Source: Takakia lepidozioides (Eukaryota; Plantae; Bryophyta). From it: a stretch of 64,000 bases of DNA. A program made the position numbers and the translations under genes. The notes beneath the pieces are model-generated. The model made no database searches, had not been told where the DNA came from, and saw only the letters and a program-made list of their open reading frames with translations. Position 1 is the first letter of the stretch; every line of letters starts with the position of its first letter. Location of the stretch: assembly GCA_030704615.1 (NCBI GenBank), contig CM060732.1, positions 64,232,001 to 64,296,000 of the forward strand, written 5' to 3'. This document shows positions 1 to 12,900 of this stretch, in pieces.

Positions 1-2282
1 ATTGCAAGATGACATGTCCGCCATTTCCTCAATGGACATGTTCTGCAAAGTGCAGAACCACACTTCAAAACAGTGAACAGAAAACAACATAAAGAAAGCG
101 AGGACACAATAAAATGGAAAGCAAATGTATGAATAAAACAATAAATATAAGCCTCGTACCAATGGCATGGCTGCTCCCCACTGTCTATACCGGAAGTGCC
201 AAAACGCCAGCCAATCTTCCAATGCTCTCATACTCTCAAGTGATGCAGCTCCAGAAGAGAACCACCAGACACGAATTGTCTGGAACAAAGTGTCTGCCTC
301 CTTCATTGTTCTAGTATCTTTGTACTATTTGCACAATTTACGGTGCTGAGTCTGCATCTCTGGTTTGATGTCCGACTTTGTATATTTTTCCAGAGATTGT
401 GTCCAATGGAATAGACATGTACGCTCTCTTCCTGGCATAGGCACTTTTGGGTCGCCCGATCCGAAGACAATACGAACAGCATTGAAATTTGCTTGAGTAC
501 TATCCGCCATGAAACCTGCGAAATTTGGAGATGGCAGCCCATGACACGTATCAGGGAATTCCACATGAGCTTCTGGGATTCCGTATCCTCGGATTACATG
601 TCACAAACTGCAATTGTCATAACTCGTTGGTACACTGGATCGTAGACATGACAAGCCATTGTCGTCCAATCCTTCACTCGTTTCACATGATCAAACATAA
701 TAAAACAGTTCTGCAAGTCCCCAGTCTTTTGCATCCGCTTCACGAGGCTAACCCCACTGCCCTCCCCAACAGTCGACATTTTGAAAAGAAAAACTTTGAT
801 GGCACCTTGACCTGGGAATACATTGTCCTGGATGTAATCGTACTTGCTCACTCGTTTCAATTCCAAAATGTTGCCTATGTAGCCTCTGATCCCAGAGCCC
901 ATTCTCAATGCATTGATCTGATGCCGAATGTTCGATGAACTTAAAGTGGAGAAATGATCCATGACCAGGTCCAATGCTGCACCGTCAAGTTTAGTCCCCA
1001 CAGAATCCCCTTCACTCAAAATATGGCTTTCCAAGAAGGACTTGCTTGCGCCAAGAGCAATTGCAGATGTTGTTGCGGATGGGTTTCTCCCGAACTCCTG
1101 TTTAATCAACCTCGATACTGTCTCAACACTCTCCCTGTAATCCCCCTTCGAGACAGGATGGTTATGGAATCCGAAATGCACACAAGCTCTTGTCATTGTT
1201 TTCAAACGGTGGACAACATAGTACATTCTTGCTTCGCAGAGCACCAAGCATGATGGCACAAGTTTGCAGAATTTGCAGACGAAAGTGTTTGCCGGTGGAG
1301 GAGTAGTCCCAGGCTGAAATGGATTTTCTGCTAGACCCTCCCATTTGCTTTGATTATGAACCCCAGACTGAAGAAAGTGTCTGCAATTCAAATTATCACA
1401 CCTAAGGTGTCCATTGCAAACTGTCCTCCTGAAAACAAGCTTGTCATCATTCTGAATATTGGATGTTTTTGTTCTGCACCACGGGTGCCCGTCGTGTTTC
1501 TTGTCCATTCCATGCATCATGATTGTTACACCTCCAACTCGCGGAGGAGGAGGCAGCTCGAATAGGATATCGCCATCAAAAGTCTCCAGCAAGAACTTCA
1601 CAGGCACCTGCTTCAAAGATTCCCAATCAATTCCCCGCAACTCACTTTTGAATCCAGCCATTCCTCCCATCGCCCGCAATTTTGGAATGACACTACAAAT
1701 CTCTTCTTCATCAGCTTCTCCAACCACAGTAGGAAGGACTGGATTTGGAATTTCACTTATGTCATCATCGGAAGAATCCGAAAGCTCAACGATTGGAGTG
1801 GATGACGTCTGTTCTTTTTTCACCACCACCTCCCTCTTGTCTTCAACGACCGAAGCAGCAGTCTCGGGCGTCACATATGACCCAAGGGACTTTCGCCGAG
1901 GCTCTCCAAGTACTCTGTATCGACCAGGACGCACTCTCCACTAGCTGATATGAGCCGTCTCATCACGGTTTTGGAAAGAGTATTTCAACAACTTTCCTTT
2001 AAGATCGTACACCTCTTTCTCCAAAAAGATGGAGCCATTCTGCAGCTGAAAACGGGTAGCCAAGACATGTTCCAGAACAATTGCAAATCCATTGTCAAGG
2101 ACTTCCTGGGAGAACGGCACTGGTTTGTCGTCAGAGAAGAACTCCGCTTCAGAGGAAACCATCTTCCTTCCTCGCGTACGTTTGTACCTTGCTATCGCAG
2201 ATCTAGTGTAAATCGGTTTACTGATGTCTCCAGAACACAATTGAAGAATGAGCAGAGAATATGGCAGAGGAAGCTCAGACAA
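1..2282 (-). pseudogene. Mutator-like (MULE) DDE transposase pseudogene with N-terminal GCM/WRKY-like Zn-binding domain; runs off the window start
   Basis: ORFs 1941..2282 and 594..1934 share a frame, split by a TAG. Cys/His motif HDGHPW..CNGHLRCDNLNC..CKFC..C...C..HFGFHNHP is followed by FDHVKRV (D1), FMADSTQAN (D2), CLFHW (MULE CxxH) and WLAFWHFRYRQWG. Stops at 1941, 594 and 325, plus a frameshift near 535. A GT..AG intron at 159..43 rejoins the frame to NMSIEEMADMSSCN. Confidence 0.8.
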
Positions 2283-3639
2283 CGATTGTGCATATTATGT
2301 TATTCTTTCCAGATATGCAGCCGTCCATTTTAATTACTTTTCTTGTGGGCCCAGTGGTCAGAGTATCCCTAGGAGCAGTGTCGGCAGCTGTTAAACCATT
2401 AACCAAAACCTCATCAATAAACCCAATAACAAAGCCGACTTCCTGGAAGCATGCCACAGGATCTGAGGATGGGATTGCAGATTAAATAAATGTATCTTTA
2501 TACTACTACCAATGATCATGCGCACCTGGAAAGTTCCAAATGTGAAACGAATATAGGGTTTGGCTAACAAGGATGACCGTGTATGATATTCCAAGATTTG
2601 TCATCAAACTCTCGTTCATTTACATTTATTTGTGTAAGACTGTGCGCCAAGATTTCTGGGATTCGCTGTTATTTTTAAATATTGAAATCATAATCAACAA
2701 ATGGCGCCTTGCTACGTGGGCTTGGGTAGGCAACAAACTGTTTGCGGACCAACAACTTTCTACCCACATGGTTTTAAGGGGGTCTTGGCTTGTAATTCAG
2801 TATGAGCTACTCTTGCAATAAGGTCATTGTAACATGGCTAAGCCATGATTAGTCTATGAACTAATCGAGCAACTTCATAGTCTTTTATGGATATATAGGC
2901 CCCGAGGCTATCATTTTAATATGTGAGAATCATATAGTGATAGTGGGAACTAGTCGATTCATAAAAAGACACCCTAATCGTCGAAAAATGGCAAAATGTC
3001 CATCCGTTTGAGCCAAAGATTTGTGGGGTTTGAACTGACAAATATGACAATTCTTTATTGACACCTAGTTGTTTGGCCTACGTGGAAATTAACGGATCCA
3101 AAGCGAGACCCACCTTTATGATTAAATAAAATTTAGCTTAACATGTTTTACGGATAAAATGACTTAAGGTTTGAGCTCTCATCATTGGATACTAGAAAGT
3201 GGATGGAAGGGGGGCATCATAATGCGATTTTTCACGATGGATGAAATCTCAAGTGAGTCCTTGAGGAGTTGAATTTGAGATTTTCGGGCTATGACCAAGT
3301 ATTCCCTTTTAGAAAGGGTTCTCTGACCCTTTGGGCGGCCTTCCTATGGGATCCCACACGTTTATTTGATTTTCTGGCAGGAAAGAGGGTTTTCGACAGA
3401 ATCAGAGACCGATCTATGACTTGTTAGATAGCTAAATGGATTTTCTACCCAATATGTATTTTTTCTGAATTTTATTTTATTTTTGCATGATTAATTAGAT
3501 GAAATCATTTTTAAGAAATTGGCCAAAAAATAGAGATAACACTATAATAATTTATCATTAAAGTTTTCAATAAATATATTAAAATTATTTAATAGCTTAT
3601 CTTCTCAGTTTTAATCATTGAAATTTATTCATAAATGGA

Positions 3640-4070
3640 CCCAGAACTGTCCGACTCAAATTTTTTATTTATTTTATTTAGGATAAAATTGGGACTGCTA
3701 CTTTGACGGCCCCATTTTTTTAAAAAAATTTAACAAATAAAAATCAAGACTCAAAGTTTCTATTTATTTTACTTAAAAATAAAATTGGGACTGCTAGTTT
3801 GGCGGTCCCAATTTTTTTGATTTTTTTCATAAATAAAAATCAGGACTCAAAATTTTTATTTATTTTATTTAGGATAAAATCGGGACTGCTAGTTTGGCGG
3901 TCCCAATTTTTTTGATTTTTTTAACGAATAAAATTAGGACTGCTACCGCCGACGATCCCGAATTTTTTATTTTTTGCCATAGTTTTGATAAAATCAAAGA
4001 GAATACCAAAGATGACATTCGCATTTTCATTCTTATTGTTTAAATTTTAGGATAAAATCGGAATGTCTCA
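3640..4070. repeat. Hairpin array A: ~95-bp tandem units carrying GGGACTGCTAGTTTGGCGGTCCC imperfect palindromes in A/T tracts
   Basis: Palindromes at about 3691, 3787, 3882 and 3937. The unit-start motif gactcaaa recurs at about 3655, 3748 and 3844. Confidence 0.9.
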
Positions 4071-4099
4071 GTCTTGACCTCCACATCCTTGGTCATGTT

Positions 4100-5507
4100 G
4101 TTCTTGTCATTTTCCTGCACCTCATGCCTGACCACCTCGTCCTCTCTGGGCCGTAGCATCTCGCCCTCGGCTACCATTGTTTTCTTGGTGTTTCGCTTGG
4201 ACGCAATTCATGATGAAGATCGTAGCAATGACTCATGTCATGACGATACTTACCATAATGGTCGCATTGCAATTGTGCAGGTTGAGCTTGTGTCTACCCC
4301 TTGTCCTTATCTAGGCAAACCTTCTTGACATGGGGTCCAAGGAAAATCACTTCAATTTTTTTCCAAACAACGTGCAAATATAAGCTTGGCTGGCCGCCGA
4401 TAATCGTCTTCCAGCTACATATATTAATTAATGGACACAGACAATATCAAAGTACAAAAAGAATATTTTTAGATATTCACGTACCATGGGAATCCATTAC
4501 ATGATACGTCGCAGACTCTTGTTGTTTAAATTTTAGTTACAAAAGACTGTTATACATAAATGCTTTAGTAAACCTATCATTTCATGAACCTTATGTTGGA
4601 TATGACCTTCAATTTTCGCGCTATCAAAATAATTCGGATTGGGCATATTAAACGTTATTTGACCTTCTCATCTTTGGAGGATGATGTCAATTTCTTCAAT
4701 CAAAGTCTACTAACGTCATCATTGTCTTCCAAGATACGTGGAAATTTTTGTTCTTTGTAGTGAAGTTAAGTTGTATTCAAGTATAGATACTGGTAAATGA
4801 ATCTGAATGCGATATTGAGGAAAAGAGTAAACATGTATTTAAAACGGAAATGAAGATTCGTTTCCTCAAATACAACTAGATGAGCGAGACTATGCCTATG
4901 TAAATGGCACCCAGAGAGCTCTCGTGGAGACATCCCACGATGTGGGATTCTTCATTATTGCAGTCTGAATGTCACCTTGAGGTCGCCAACAGCCGTCAAA
5001 TCGTCAAATCATCGGTTGTCTCTTGAAGCAATTTTTCATTCATGCTACAAGTGTTGTGTAGAGCAGTAGAAGAATCATGCTATGTATTACACCAGAAACA
5101 TTTCCGAACTTAACTCGGAGGTTCCCCGATATGAGCTCACAGACAATGTCATCACTTTGTATAGAAGGACCATTGTCCTCAAATTTGGGCTCAATCGAAG
5201 GAACATCAATGTCCCTGTCGAGAAAATGATTCTCGTTTGCACCGATCCATCGATTATTCTTATAATCAAATGCCCACCACACAATTGTTTGCGTAACCAC
5301 GATCGGAATGCACTCCTTGGACCACTATGGTCCGTATTGCAATGGAGGCCTAGATATATCTTCAAGGGAAAGAATTCATTTGACTCTGAGGCGTTTGATA
5401 GGGGACTTCCATAAGATTGCATACAACTGTCCATTACTAGAAAGACAGACAAGTATCTCACCAACCTTGGGAATAGCAGATCTCGAAATTCATTCTTTCT
5501 CCTCCAT
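4100..5507 (-). pseudogene. Decayed gene of unknown family
   Basis: ATG at 5507 opens a frame (MEEKE*ISRSAIPKVGEILVCL..RLRVK*ILSLEDI..) that runs through 3 stops into ORF 5040..5300. A degenerate zinc knuckle (CDHYGKYRHDMSHCYDLHHELRP) lies near 4200-4270 and may be a separate fragment. Confidence 0.35.
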
Positions 5508-5994
5508 AACGAAACTCCAATGATAATTTATTCCCAATGTGGCTCTGTTGAGACACATACCTCGTGTATATATAAGGTAAGGTAGAAACAGTCAAATATG
5601 AGCAGGTCTCAAAATGGACCCCTATTTTTGGGGTGTAAAGTGGTTTTGCCTGCCCTTAAACGGCGACCTTACTGCCAACGGGCTGATTTAGGTTCCTTCA
5701 TGGGCATTGTGGGCCCCATGGTGCTTTGTTAGGTAAACAAAAACGTACTGAATACTGTGACCAGCGTATTTGCCAAATGGAGGCGTATTAATAAAGTTGA
5801 GTGCTAATGTACGCACGTTGTTATTCTAATTAACTCTGCATGGGGTTTAGGATTGATCAGATATGCTCTAATTTGTTTTGTAAAATGCCTTGGCGGCTGC
5901 TCAATTTCAAATTCACAGGGTTCCATTCACTCTGCCTGCATGTATAACTTCATTATGACTATTGCACACAACTTTGCAACTACAGGTTCTCATT

Positions 5995-6215
5995 CATGTG
6001 CAGGGAGCATAGTTTGGAGATTGGCTCAGCATTGATTTACACTTCAGTTAATCCAGTCCATTACTATTGATTGATGTGCAGGGAGCATAGTTTGGAGATT
6101 GGAATCCCATTAGTTTACACTTCAGTTAATCCAGAAAATTATTACTAATTCATGTGCAGGGAGCATAGTTTGAAGATTGGCTTAGTTTACACTTCAGTTA
6201 ATCTAGTTTATTACT
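5995..6215. repeat. Three ~78-bp tandem units in the pogo 5' region
   Basis: atgtgcagggagcatagtttg..tttacacttcagttaatc occurs at about 5996, 6074 and 6152. Only two units are present in the copy at ~51.4 kb. Confidence 0.85.
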
Positions 6216-6227
6216 AAGTGTATAGTC

Positions 6228-8702
6228 ATGAGTGAGGAGTGTGCAACAGCGATGGACTTGAATTTCAGGCCCAGCCAAGCTTTTCGATTGTTGCCAGATA
6301 CCGAGGTAGCTGATGATAGCGATGGAACGCAGATCAGTAGCCAACCACTCACAAGTGACTCAGATGACGGATACAATGAAAGGTACAAACATGCAAATGA
6401 TGGAGGTCAAAGTGAGGATGATGGCCTTGAAAATTTCCAGTGGGGCCAGGGAGAGGATTCCCAAGTTGAATTTCAGGTGGGCCAAGGCCAAGCCCAAGAT
6501 CAAGTTGAATTTCAGGTGGACCAAGGCCAACGTCAACCGGAATCTGCAGTACAGCTAGACCAAACAACAACATTGCCAGAGACAAATACTGAAGGACCTG
6601 CCGACATTAACACTCTTCGATCTGATGGACCTGCTATGCGTGGGGGCTGCCCAAGGAGAGGGAGGAGGCCTCTCAAGAATGGAAACTGGACTGATGAACA
6701 GTTGCGAGGTGTCGTAGCTGCCGTTGACCGTGGAGACAGCATCAGATCCGCAGCAAGGATGTTTGAAGTGCCTACAACAAGTCTGAGAAACCACGTTTAT
6801 GGCGTTACTACCAGTAGGAAGAGAAGCAGCAAAGGGACATTAAACGCCAAGGAAGAAGCTGAACTAGTCCAGTATATTGAAAAAATGCAAGATATCGGGC
6901 ATCCCTTGACACTAACTCAATTACGTCTGAAGGTGGTTGAAGTTACGCAAGAGAGAGTCACACCTTTCACAAATGGAATCCCGGGCTGGGGGTGGGTGAG
7001 ATGGTTCAGGTCACGACATCTACATCTTTCATTGAGAGTAGCTCAAGGACTAGAAACTGGGAGGGCCAAGGGACTATGTCCAGAGAACGTAAAGACGTTC
7101 TATGCTAACATGAAACTGATGTATGAGAAGCACAACTATGGGCCAACAACGATATGGAATTGTGACGAGTCCGGGGCCCAAGCTGGGCGAAACAGAGGTG
7201 CTGTTGTACTGGCCAAGACTGGATCCAGATCTGTTCATTCTATAACACCAGATCAGAGGGAGTGGCTGAGCGTCCTCACCTGCATGAATGCTACAGGAAG
7301 TTACATCCCAAACTTCTACATATTCAAAGGGAAAAGATTCCGTCGCAATTACATTCACAAATGTGAATCTGGAGCAACAATGGCAATGCAAAGAAAAGCA
7401 TGGATGACTGCAATATTGTTTAACAAGTGGATATCACATTTTTTGGAATCAACAAAGGCAATGGGCGATGACATTACCGTCACAAACAGGCATTTGCTAA
7501 TTCTAGATGGTCCCAACTCATACGTATCCCTAGACGTTGTCAAGCAAGCAAGATCAGTAGGACTTGATGTCATTTCACTTCCTTCCCACACGTCCCATGC
7601 ACTCCAGCCCCTTGATGTGGCAGTGTTCAAGCCCTTTAAGACTGCCTTCAGGAAATATAGAGATGTTTGGACCATGGCACATAAAGGAAGAGGAGCGTTA
7701 AAATAAGATCTGGCCCAATGGGTCTCCCTTGCATTGAAAAAAGGACTAACCCCTACCAACATTGCCAAGGGATTCAAGACCTTTGGGATCTGGCCTCTGA
7801 ATCCAGAAGCCATGGCAGGAAAGATGGGGCCGGCAAAATGTTTCTCAGGGCCGGGGACACCAGACCTGCACGCCAAGGAGATCAGGCCAGAATCAATGGA
7901 CGAGGATACACCTGAGGGGGAGGTAGAAGACGTACTTTCTGCCCTTCATGTGGAAGAGGTGTTGGGCAACCATGTGCCCAGCATACAAGAGAATCACCAC
8001 CACTACTTTGTTGTGGTCGAAGAGCCAGATGAGGATGGGCGCAATGACCAGGAAAGGGGCAATGACAACCAGCCACACTTTCGCAGCAGCCAGGAGTCCT
8101 TAGTGCAACTCGATGATGACGCAGACTGGGAGATGGTTCCCAGCCAGCCAGAGGTCCCTTCATCAATCTCCCGATTCTTGACGCTCCCAGAGGCTCCTGC
8201 AGTCAATCGAAGGGTAAAAGCATCAGGAAATGAACCTATTATAGACTACAACAAGTCAATTATAATGACATCTGATGTATACTTGGCAGCACTAGAGCAA
8301 AAGACTAAAAGAAGAAGCAACCCAAGCTCGTGAGCAGAAAAAAGAGGAGACCCTGCAAGGTAAAGCAAAGTGGGCCGCCGAGAAGATCGAGAAAGATGCT
8401 CTCAAGAAGGCCCGAACACAAGAGCGACTGCCCAGGAGGGCCTCGACGCCAAGTGGTCGGCACGAGCCTGCAGCGAGGCAGGAGAATGTCTGCATGTAGC
8501 AATCAAAGCAATCAACCCCTCCCCCAAGCATGCATGGATCGCCCCATTGTGCGGGTGGGCTCCACCAATCTGTAAACACAATCAAAAAATTGCTATTGCT
8601 AAACGTCGGTCAAAGGCCCGAGGGGAAGACACAAGTCATCTGCAGGTCGTAGGAGTGCCATGGGCGCATCAACCAGGTTCGGGACCACCTGTTGTAGAGT
8701 GA
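6228..8702 (+). pseudogene. pogo-type transposase: HTH_psq + CENP-B-type HTH + DDE_1 (DD35D), disabled
   Basis: Motifs WTDEQLRGVVAAV..SIRSAARMFEVPTTSLRNH; LNAKEEAELVQYI..WVRWFRSRH; WNCDESG; LLILDG..35 aa..QPLDVAVFKPFK. In-frame TAA at 7704, continuation 7734..8333, and frameshifts near 8320 and 8430. Confidence 0.92.
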
Positions 8703-9991
8703 GTTGCTGTCATGGCGGGCCATGGTGGGAAGGAGTTGCTGGGAGGCGACAGAGATGGCGGGAGGAATCAAGGTGGTGGCGGGAGAACAATAGGTGGAGA
8801 GCCGTGGCCTGTGACACTTGGATGGTCCAAATTAGTGCAGTGAGAGGTGAGGTTTCAGGCTGGAAAAAGCATTCAGTTTGGCACACTTTGGATCACTACG
8901 TGCTTAAATAAGAATCCAAGTCTAGGAGAGTGGGGTCCACTTTACATGCAGGATTGACCATTTGGCACACATTCATGGTTTCCCAAGGGCTTATTGGAGT
9001 TCATGCATCCGATCTCCTTTATTTCGCTACTGCACCATATGATATCTTTTGCTCTTGTGGGCCGAGTTGTTGGGTGAGTTATTGGGTGTAGTAGTTGGTG
9101 TGTGGGGGCCATTTCAAGTGCACATCTCGTGCATATCAGGTCACATGTAGGCTTCATATTAGATAATATTTCAGTGAGTTATGGTACCCTCTATAGCTCA
9201 GGCATAGCATTTTTGTGCCATGCCACTTTGATAATATATATCAATTAGCCACTTCGTCCAAAATTCATGCAATCCATACCACAAGCTGTTTGTTCAATTG
9301 CTAATCCAGTCATATAATTTTTTCCCTTACTGCACCAATTGTATGGGCATATCTGCTTAAACGCTCACATTTGGGTATAACTACCTTAAGCCAAAATAGA
9401 TTCTCATGCGATTCAAATTACAACCCTTCATACACTCTATGGTTGCTAAATTGTTTGTTGAAAACATCAAATCGGTACAATGAGATATCCAGAAACTTCC
9501 AAATTGAAACATGCTTTCACCTGAGTGATAGGTTGTACTTTATACAAATGCATTCTTTATATCAACAATTTGGGCATATGAATTTTAAATTGTTCTCTCA
9601 TTTGGAAACAATGTTGATTTTCTCGGAGCACAACAATATGAAATCTACAAAATACTGTTAATTTCGTGGTGGGACATCATCAATTTCAATCGATTGTAAC
9701 GTATTCCACACCCAATGTGAGGACCCAAAGCAACTCCTAAACATTTTGAGGTTGTGCATGTAAATCAAAACAACAACTATCCTCACTTTATAGTGTTGCT
9801 CATCCAAGACACCCCGGCCCAAACCTGGACTGACCTTGCCTCCACCTACGGAAAGGCTTTGGCCTACAAAGGGTGTGGAAGACTAGGGGAAGAATAACTA
9901 GATAACATCATTAATCACATATGCTCTCATCCCACTATTCCCTCTATCTCCATACCCTCTTGCTTCAGCAATAGTCAAGGCTAATATCCAT

Positions 9992-12900
9992 CCAGGATCT
10001 CTCAATAACTCTCCAAGCGCCCTCGACTTGCCCTACGAGTTTGTGAAATTTTCCTCCAAAAGATTCTTAAATAGTCCTGCTCTCAACCCCCGCAATTGAA
10101 CTCCAAAGAGTCCAACAAAGGCTCCAAGAGCCTGCCAAATCTTAGCCCTCAAAGACCCTAAATAGCTCTCCAAATACACTTCAAAGAGCTCCTCAAAGTG
10201 TTATCTATTGTCTTTTTGGATCTTCAACTCCTTAATTGTTCCGGCATTCAGAGCAATGGTCTTCTCCATCTCAGCAATGCGTTCGGCTTATTGGATTTTT
10301 GAATGTGAGCATTTGCATACTATGCTGTTATGTCCCTTATATCGTCAAGCGCGGTCTCCAAAGCAGATTTTAACTAAGCATTATGCGTGTTAAGGTGGTG
10401 ATTAGCTTTGACCAACTCATCATTGAGTAGCTTCTCCCCAGAAAGAACAACTTCATGGTTAGTCTGCAGGGTCATCAACTACTGGTGGAGAACACCCTGC
10501 TGTTCATCCATCTCCAGACCCATCTTGACCAAATTTGCTTTTTCAACCTGTAGAGCTACCTGAGTTTCTTCCAGGCTTGTCAACAATTTCATACTTATCT
10601 TCTCATCAAGTCGGGCCTCCCGTTCTGTTGCAAGCCTCGACTCAAATTCTTTGTTAAGTTCCTCCCTCAATGCTGCTAACTGTTCCAGAGGAACATGAGT
10701 CTTAAAAAACTTCCCCAGCAGGTTAAGAGTTCTATTCACAGAACTCAGGAGCATGGCTTGCTGAGGATATCTTTGGGGTACTCTCTGTGACCCATTGACT
10801 TGATGCTCTGCAGTTCTGTATGTCATAAACCAGTCCGGCCAAGTATCCAGTTGACTATGATCATGCTCTTCATCAGGTACTTTAGCTTTGCCCTTAGCTT
10901 CTTCTTTGGCCACCTGCACCTCAAGGCCCACCTGCTCTTCCACAACTACATCAATTTAGGCAATTGTGCTTTTGCCTTGGTTTTCTGAGGTTTAATATTG
11001 GAAACCAGCCTTTCTTTGAAGAGAACCGTCTTATATATGAGATCTCCACTGGCAATCTCTACTTGAATCTGCTCACAAGTAGGAATAGAATCCGCCAGCC
11101 TTGTGGAGAGAGGGTCAAGATCTACAACTGAACCCTCAACGGTAACCCGAGTACCTGGCTGGGTTGGCTGTGGTTGTGAATTGACATCTTCTTCCTCTGT
11201 AGCCGTCTGGTGAGCCTCACCCCGTTGTAAGGAACTCTGTGGCTGTTTGGCCACCACCTCAAGAACTGCACCCATTTATTCCTCACCCACCAAACTGTCT
11301 TCTTCCACCAAATTGGTCACGTGTGGTTGTGGTCCTGTATTTGGTGTGAAAGATGTTATCTTCTGACGCTTTGTCTTATCCTGTCCCTCCAATTCACTTT
11401 CACTGTATGAAGATCCTTGATCCACCACCAATGTGGTTGGCATGACAAGCTCGCCCATGGCCTTGCGTTCCTTCACAGAGAGTTGGCACGAAGCCAGGAT
11501 GAGATGGACAATCACAAAGGCAGAAACAATGATAGGGGATTTACTACTGGGCTTCTTCTCCTGAAGCGTCTTCAACTCTTTCACTGACCCTTTGTGCATC
11601 ATCTTGGCCCACAACACATCTTCCCCTTCAGAGCCCTAATGATTTCTTCCACGAAAGTTTTGCTAAAATACATTTGATTGTGCTTCATGTTAAGCAAAAC
11701 ATTAAGCATTTGACCCACCTCTCTCAGACCTGAATACTTTGCCTTCATGCATGTGTATCCCTGAGTAGCAGAAAAAGCTCCATTCTCAAACAGGTCTGAA
11801 ATCTGCAACTTATCTAGTCCTTCTCTATCAGGTTGTTTCCCTACTGGCAGCTCAAAAACTTCCTGCAGCCTCTCTGGAGTGAGTTGTATAACCACACCCT
11901 TAACTGTCGTAGAGTCTGTCATGGAATCGAAATTGCTAACAAACTCAATCATTAACTCCCTGTGATGCAAAGTCCAGTCTTTGCACAAAAGATCCTTCAA
12001 ACCCAATTTCTTCAACAAAACAACCGCTTCCGGGGTGGCCATACTCTTCTTGTGTAGCATTACGCCGCTCTTCACCTCCATGTCCTCCATCACTCGCTTC
12101 ATTTCAAGTAAACAGGGTGGGCTTGATTGGAATAATTGCAAGAAACTCTGCAGTGCACAAAGCATGAAAGTATCGTTAGCACACAATGACAAAGGCAACG
12201 CCTTGTAAGCTCCCGGAGCTTGCAAACAACGCGTAAGTGAGAAACCCCGTCTTTCCAGTTCATCGTGGTGCCACTGTGTGGGCAACAAAGCGACTGTGTA
12301 GTCCGTAATGCCTGCCATAGCTGCTAAGCTATAGCCTTTATTGTTCATACTACGTGTGCTGCAGTTATCCGGAATAACCCATACTCTACCGCTCATAATG
12401 TGTTTGAGTTCTTGTTCTTGTTTCTTGAATGAAGTCCCTTGCACAAAATTCACATTGCTGATTGGTCGTTGTCTCATTAGGTAATTTTTCAGTTTTATCC
12501 TATTTTGTTCACATTCTATCTTGGAATTTACCACTAGGACTGCATGTGTGGCAAAGGTTCCATTTTGCCGGACGCATAAAGTGTTCCGTTTCCAGTCCTT
12601 TTGATGCAATAATGGGTTCGTGATTAATTCCGGCTGATGCACCAGGTAGGTACTTTGACGGAAGGACCCCAATGATCCTCCAAACAATCATCTAAAAAAG
12701 CTCTACAAGCCTGCCAAATGACCTCAAATAGTCTTTTCATAGGCCATACATCCGAATTGAGCTGCCTTAGCTAACCATGATATCCACTAAGGGATTCACA
12801 CACGAACAAACTGGAAGGCCTATAGGTGAAAATGAAGGTCTAATAAAAAAAATTACCTATAGAAAGGTAACTCCTCACAGTATTGCCTCAAATTCAATTT

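Larger units (their letters stand above)
5580..9386 (+). mobile_element. Full-length pogo-superfamily DNA transposon (3807 bp), TA target duplication
   Basis: Left end TA|AGGTAGAAACAGTCAAATATGAGC; reverse complement of right end TA|AGGTAGTTATACCCAAATGTGAGC (imperfect 24-bp TIR). Both ends are confirmed by the second copy at 50424..51861. Confidence 0.92.
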
